IMG/VR virus record: IMGVR_UViG_3300031715_000002
Span: 32,200-96,199 of that record
Length of the DNA stretch: 64,000 nt
Direction: 5' to 3' (one strand)
From: a virus
The position numbers and the translations under genes are program-made. The notes below the pieces were generated by a model. It was not told the origin of the DNA and made no database searches. It saw nothing but the letters and a program-made list of their open reading frames with translations. How positions within the stretch are numbered: the first letter of the stretch is position 1; every line of letters starts with the position of its first letter. Below, piece by piece: positions 59,295 through 64,000 of the stretch.

Positions 59295-59501
59295 TTATGT
59301 CGCCTCCGTCTCGTTCACTCCATCCCAGTACAAGCGAAACGATTGATATACCTTCTCCCAGTCATCCTCGTGGACTTTAATAGTCCACCCAACAATGTTG
59401 CGGACCTCTTTCTGGAGTGGAAACAGGCAAGAGATTTGGTCAATGCGCATAATGATAGGCTCGGACGTCTCCCTGAATCGGAACTCCACTAAGTATCTCA
59501 T
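59295..59501 (-). CDS. hypothetical protein
   Basis: ATGA-coupled; 68 aa. Confidence 0.55.
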   Translation of the reverse strand: MRYLVEFRFRETSEPIIMRIDQISCLFPLQKEVRNIVGWTIKVHEDDWEKVYQSFRLYWDGVNETEAT

Positions 59502-59716
59502 GAGTCATGCCCCGGGAAGACGCTCAACATCGTCAGTATAGCCTTTTCGAATACTGGGAGCGGTTTGGATTCGCCCCGCTCCCAGCGCGCAATGGTGTTT
59601 CCGGTGGTGTCGATCTTTCGCGCCAATTGCTCTTGCGTGAGGCCCAGCCGCTCACGCTCCCTTTTCACTTGCGACGGGAAGCGGCTCTCCAGCGGCTTCT
59701 TCTTTGGCTTCAACAT
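59498..59716 (-). CDS. XRE/Cro HTH protein
   Basis: RERLGLTQEQLARKIDTTGNTIARWERGESKP. Confidence 0.92.
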   Translation of the reverse strand: MLKPKKKPLESRFPSQVKRERERLGLTQEQLARKIDTTGNTIARWERGESKPLPVFEKAILTMLSVFPGHDS

Positions 59717-60677
59717 TGGATTTGTCCCCGGTGAATGCGGCAGATTTCAGGCCAGAAAAGATGCTGGTGCCGAGCACGTCCTTCTCTTTTTCATCCTGCA
59801 AGCCGAACCAAGGTCCGCTGTAGTTGTCGTGGACTACGGGAGCAGCAACTTTCTCACCAGTGATTTCTTCTGCCGTCTTGGCATCCACCAAGTAGAAGGC
59901 AAACACGACGGTCGGCTTGTCTTTCCAGACTTCGATGCCGTGCGGGTCTTCGTAAATCTTCTGAATAATCTTTCCGCCCTTGCCGATACCCATCTCGACG
60001 TGGGGGGCAAAGGAGCGTAGGAGCGACTTTGGGACAACGGATTCGCCGGAATGGAGCGAACCGGTAAAGGATGCTTGCGCCAAATATCCCGTAGGCCCTG
60101 TATATCCGGTAATACCAGATACCGGACCCCAATCCATCGTTGTGGAGTAGGGTTGTCCCATCACGCCTTGGTATGGATAATACTTGGTCTTGATCTTGGC
60201 ATCGTCCTTCGGGTCAAAGATAGCCAGACCGATAGCGCCCGTCTTGCTGTCCGCGCCGATGAGTTGCTCTGCTACCGTGATGCCTTCGCCCTTCTTGTGC
60301 GGCGTGGCCACGAACTGATGCACGGTGCCATCCACGTCTTTCCATCCATCAATCCACGGCTGCGGCGGGCACACCAGATAGTTGTCCTTCTCCAGCTTCG
60401 TCCCGAGCTTTTGGCCAGTGAGCGCATTCACGCCACCGGCCCCAACGAGCACGGCGACAGGTTTTGAATAGGAGTGGAACGAGATCCACATCGCCTCGGT
60501 ATCGTGCAGCGACATGAACAGAGCATCGTCAGCCCAATCGGTCGGGCAGTTGTTGCGGTAATCGGAAACCTTGTACAGATGCATCCTGCCAAGGCTGGGC
60601 GGGAGATTGCTGGCGGCGCGACCTTCAGCCACGCGCACGGTACGGTGAAAAGTGACTTCGAGATTGTTGGGTCTCAT
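59652..60677 (-). CDS. uncharacterised protein of a bacterial/fungal family (moron)
   Basis: FHRTVRV, LPPSLG, EAMWISF, VNALTG, YLVCPPQPWIDG, QFVA, GGKIIQKIYEDP. Confidence 0.7.
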   Translation of the reverse strand: MRPNNLEVTFHRTVRVAEGRAASNLPPSLGRMHLYKVSDYRNNCPTDWADDALFMSLHDTEAMWISFHSYSKPVAVLVGAGGVNALTGQKLGTKLEKDNYLVCPPQPWIDGWKDVDGTVHQFVATPHKKGEGITVAEQLIGADSKTGAIGLAIFDPKDDAKIKTKYYPYQGVMGQPYSTTMDWGPVSGITGYTGPTGYLAQASFTGSLHSGESVVPKSLLRSFAPHVEMGIGKGGKIIQKIYEDPHGIEVWKDKPTVVFAFYLVDAKTAEEITGEKVAAPVVHDNYSGPWFGLQDEKEKDVLGTSIFSGLKSAAFTGDKSNVEAKEEAAGEPLPVASEKGA

Positions 60678-60685
60678 GGCTACTA

Positions 60686-60714
60686 ACTATACACCGTGAC
60701 TATACGCTTGTAAA
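60686..60714 (-). promoter_or_regulatory. internal promoter, probably giving a leaderless mRNA
   Basis: TTTACA-17-TATAGT, with ATG 8 nt downstream; GTATAGT direct repeat. Confidence 0.6.
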
Positions 60715-61302
60715 GCCCGCCGCTTGTGGAAACGCCACTATCGCCGACTCCCGACTCCAGTTCACAACCTCTACCCCTGCGGCCTTAGCTTGCGGCAACA
60801 CCGTATTAAATGCCTTAGCCCAGTACGGATACTGGCTCTTGTACTCGCCACCGCCGGCCATATCGAAGCCCACAAGATTGACTTGCTTCGCACGTTTGAG
60901 GTAGGCCAGATTGAGGGCCGCGTATCCGCCATTGCCGCCTGTATTGACGATGCCAGGATCTTCGCTCCACCCGTCCCGATGGCCCCACTGCAAGTACGTC
61001 ACGCCTGGTATTCCGCCGCAATCCGGCCATGTTTCCAGCGGGAGCGCGATAAACTTCTCTCCCTCGAATCCTGCGATAAAATCCCGGTTGCGGCGTATCC
61101 ACCGATGGTCCAGGGAGAAGAGCGATTCCAGACACCGGCCGCCCGACTGGCACGCCGCAACCGGCAGTGCATGGCCGTTCACCGAAAGCACGCGGCCATG
61201 GATAAGGGAGAGGTCGAACGTTTTGAGCGATGGGCCACCGCCGATAATCCAGAGTGGCGAATCATCCCACCATGGCGAGCAATCGGCGCTGTAACTGTGC
61301 AT
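60700..61302 (-). CDS. second DUF115/MptE-like protein
   Basis: IIGGGPSL, NGGYAALNLA, LVGFDM, EVVNWS. Confidence 0.75.
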   Translation of the reverse strand: MHSYSADCSPWWDDSPLWIIGGGPSLKTFDLSLIHGRVLSVNGHALPVAACQSGGRCLESLFSLDHRWIRRNRDFIAGFEGEKFIALPLETWPDCGGIPGVTYLQWGHRDGWSEDPGIVNTGGNGGYAALNLAYLKRAKQVNLVGFDMAGGGEYKSQYPYWAKAFNTVLPQAKAAGVEVVNWSRESAIVAFPQAAGFTSV

Positions 61303-61759
61303 GGTTGCCTTGCGATTGCAATCCGAAGCGTTCGCAGAGTTTTGCCAAGTCGCGGCGCGAGAGGCTGTGAATTTGCTCCATTGTGATCCTGCTGACGCGT
61401 GGCGCTACTGGCTCCTGCCCCTCTGCTTTCTGTTCAGCAGGCTCGGAAGGCTCTTCCCTGCCTACACCATGCGCTTCGCAGAATGGGGCCAACTGCGGGT
61501 CTGCCAGCGCATAATCCAGCAGTTCTATGCGGCGTGTAGGGGTATCGTACAGACGTGCGAGCACTCGCGATTCGAGCACTCCATGTGGCACCTCTTCCCC
61601 GATCCCGTAATGCTTGTCTCCGATGTTCAGCCCGCAGGACTTCCCGACCACAAACCGGGCCGTGCGGAAGTCGATTGTCTTGACTTGCGGGCGCTTGCAA
61701 AGTAAACGTAGGACGGACACTAAAGTTTCTCCCTGAGTTTGCTGGCGGGGACTCTGCAT
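61262..61759 (-). CDS. SAP-domain virion-associated protein
   Basis: LSRRDLAKLCERFGLQSQGNHAQLQRRL; directly after the capsid gene. Confidence 0.65.
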   Translation of the reverse strand: MQSPRQQTQGETLVSVLRLLCKRPQVKTIDFRTARFVVGKSCGLNIGDKHYGIGEEVPHGVLESRVLARLYDTPTRRIELLDYALADPQLAPFCEAHGVGREEPSEPAEQKAEGQEPVAPRVSRITMEQIHSLSRRDLAKLCERFGLQSQGNHAQLQRRLLAMVG

Positions 61760-61783
61760 CCCCGCCTATGTAAGTTGTTGATT

Positions 61784-62788
61784 CTAATGGGCTGATGCAA
61801 AGAAAACTCCAAGCTCCTTTCCTGTCAACCCAAAGGCGTACGCCTGCTCGCACTCGACGTAATCGCCTGCGATGACTTCCCACCGGTACTTCTTGATCCG
61901 CATCCCGGCTGCGGTCGCGCCCTCCAACCCTTGCCAGTTGAAGGTGTATCCACCGCTGACCACACGCAGCCCCGGAGAGGGCGCGGCGTACGTCAACAGC
62001 GCATTGTTGCCCGCGATGTAGGCGAAGGTATCCGGCGTGGTATCGCTGTTCGGAACGTTGTTCTCCGCGCTGCTGGTTTGAATCGCGCGGGCGACCACAA
62101 CCTCATCCACTTCGAACACTTGCGCCAAGTCCGACTCCTTCACTGTCACGATGCCGGGGCCGGTCTGTCCATACTTCAGACGGTCGGTGATCTCTGCGTT
62201 GGTTTTGAGGTCATTGTAGACCTGCGCGCCAAGCACGAGTTTGTTCGGCAGGTAGCCCGTTGCCTGTTCAATGACGATGGAGGCGTTCAGGATGTCTTCG
62301 ATTGGGGTGGATCCGGCTTGGCTCCACTTCTGGAACTGCCCGGCTGACGGAGTTCCGGTAACGCCGGTGAGGTCTTCGCCCCATACGCCGGTCTTGAAGA
62401 AACTGCTGCACCAATTCACATCGCGGTTGATGAGGGCCTGTTGCGTGACGTAGAACGTCGCGTCCGCATCGGGGTTGAGGCCCTGGTCGCTGTTCGCGCG
62501 GACCTGATCGGGAATCGGCTCCTTAATCGCATAGACTTCGCAATTATAGCTGGCGGTTGCCAGTTTGTAGCCGCCGCCAGCCGCTTCCGCGCCGGGCGCG
62601 CGCAACTGCATGGAGTTGCGGTACATATCGCCGCGATTGAAGATGTAATACAAGTCCGACTTGAACGTCACCGGCATCGGCGGGAAAACGCGACCGGCCA
62701 CGAACTTGTTAAGCTGTTGCTGGTACATGATCGTCAAGTTCGTCAAAGGACGATTGACGTGTACCATTTGTAATGTGGGGGTTGGCAT
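61784..62788 (-). CDS. major capsid protein
   Basis: HVNRPLTNL, FVAGRVFP, TPIEDI, GYLPNKLVLG, GYTFNW; 334 aa; AGGAGG RBS. Confidence 0.93.
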   Translation of the reverse strand: MPTPTLQMVHVNRPLTNLTIMYQQQLNKFVAGRVFPPMPVTFKSDLYYIFNRGDMYRNSMQLRAPGAEAAGGGYKLATASYNCEVYAIKEPIPDQVRANSDQGLNPDADATFYVTQQALINRDVNWCSSFFKTGVWGEDLTGVTGTPSAGQFQKWSQAGSTPIEDILNASIVIEQATGYLPNKLVLGAQVYNDLKTNAEITDRLKYGQTGPGIVTVKESDLAQVFEVDEVVVARAIQTSSAENNVPNSDTTPDTFAYIAGNNALLTYAAPSPGLRVVSGGYTFNWQGLEGATAAGMRIKKYRWEVIAGDYVECEQAYAFGLTGKELGVFFASAH

Positions 62789-62888
62789 GGATTTGCCTCC
62801 TGATTTGTGAAAGCTGAGAGAGAGGGGTTAAAGAAACTGAGAAGAGTTAAGCCTGGGAAGGTTCGGCGCAATACCTCTGCGCTCAGAA

Positions 62889-63266
62889 CTAGCTACCCGG
62901 CTGGAAAACGATTTCGGTCATGGAGCCAGCGGCGCCGGCCGCCAAGGCCCATCCGAGCGTGGAAGCCCCCGAAGTTGAGGGAACGGCCGCGCCGGTCGAA
63001 TCGCACATCACTGCTTCGCCAGCATTGACAGTGCCGTTGCACATGATTTTCGTGATATCGCCGGGCGAGCAGCAGGCGCCCGGCTCCCCAACGTTCGGGG
63101 TGTCCTGAATCACGCTGATGGCGAGTTGCCCGGAGCCGCACTGAACGAGTGCGCCAGTGCTGTCCAGCTTCACGAAGGTGTACTGCCCTGTCGTGTAATT
63201 GGTATCGGTTTGGAAGTTATGGTTTGCCGGAATGGACTTCAAACCGCGAATAAGATCATAAGCCAT
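62889..63266 (-). CDS. capsid decoration/cement protein
   Basis: QYTFVKL...V-AGEAV-CD--G-A...G-ALAA; directly upstream of the capsid gene. Confidence 0.8.
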   Translation of the reverse strand: MAYDLIRGLKSIPANHNFQTDTNYTTGQYTFVKLDSTGALVQCGSGQLAISVIQDTPNVGEPGACCSPGDITKIMCNGTVNAGEAVMCDSTGAAVPSTSGASTLGWALAAGAAGSMTEIVFQPGS

Positions 63267-63391
63267 TTTGGTTTCTCCTTAATTGCGTGGCTTGCTTCTG
63301 AATTGGAATGGAGCCTCCCGCGGCCTGCGTGAGCCGGGGTGTCGGAGGAAACACTTTGGTAAGCGCTGTGACGTTGGGAGGCAGAGAGTGA

Positions 63392-63994
63392 CTACTGGCG
63401 AGTGCCAACCCTTTGCGCGTATTGATGGTCGTACTCGGCGAACAACTGCGGATTCTCCTTCATTAGTGTGAACGTGGCCTTACCAACATCGCAGTTGTCG
63501 CGCTTGGCGATCTTCTCGACTTCAGCGTTGAAGACGCGCTCCATCGGAATGACGCCATTGCCTTGCCCGCTCTTGCCCACTTCGCCGAATTCGCCGGCCA
63601 GCGCCTTGTCTGCGCTCTTCATCGCATCCAGCAGTTCGGTGTAGTCCTTCGACTGCTCCCCGAACGCATCGGCCATCTTCATCAGACGGATGCCCTTCTC
63701 TTCTGGGGAGCCGGGGGTGTGCGGCAGTTCGGCTTCGGCAACCTTGCTGAACTTGACGATGCGCTCCTGCTTGCGAATTGCAGACAGTTCTGCCTCCGCC
63801 TTGGCCAGTCGGTCCTCATTCTTGGCGATACGGGCGGCTTCTTCTGCATCGCGCTTCTGGGCCTTGCGCTTCATCTCTTCCTCGTCCTTGTCATCCTCAT
63901 CCGGTTCGTCATCGGCTCCCGGCTTGTCGGGCTTGTCGCTGCCGCTCTTCTTGAGTTTCGCCGCCTTCTCCGCCTTGGCCAGCAGAACCAGTTT
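63392..63994 (-). CDS. C-terminal scaffold region of prohead protease/scaffold protein (partial)
   Basis: Acidic linker and coiled coil, FGEVGKS, ENPQLFAEY; frame open up to a TAG at 63995-63997. Confidence 0.7.
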   Translation of the reverse strand, partial: KLVLLAKAEKAAKLKKSGSDKPDKPGADDEPDEDDKDEEEMKRKAQKRDAEEAARIAKNEDRLAKAEAELSAIRKQERIVKFSKVAEAELPHTPGSPEEKGIRLMKMADAFGEQSKDYTELLDAMKSADKALAGEFGEVGKSGQGNGVIPMERVFNAEVEKIAKRDNCDVGKATFTLMKENPQLFAEYDHQYAQRVGTRQ

Positions 63995-64000
63995 CTAACT

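Overview
The window is almost entirely the genome of a long-tailed (siphovirus-like) dsDNA phage or prophage, with most genes on the minus strand. Read in transcription order (right to left) it contains: scaffold end, decoration protein and major capsid (61.8-64 kb); head-tail and tail genes interleaved with 5 glycosyltransferase-like, 1 SAM-methyltransferase and 2 DUF115-like genes (49-61 kb); tape measure, tail-tip, collagen-like fibre, tailspike-like protein and a TPR glycosyltransferase (32-48 kb); an early region for recombination, replication and DNA modification (8.5-32 kb); and the terminase genes (0.6-2.6 kb). Short plus-strand cassettes lie at 4.0-7.4 kb and 44.2-45.3 kb. Portal, integrase and endolysin were not recognised and probably lie outside the window. 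Three of four DNA methyltransferases are broken, and two truncated ISL3 fragments are present. The most unusual signals are non-coding: a recurrent promoter-hairpin-kissing-loop leader that covers ribosome-binding sites (3-4 copies with different sequences), a ~450-nt structured transcript behind a near-consensus promoter, a ~208-nt RNA closed like a tRNA among the tail genes, and a hammerhead ribozyme core whose stem I contains a Shine-Dalgarno sequence. A probable virion-glycosylation system is also present. Product calls come from motif recognition by eye; no searches were run.
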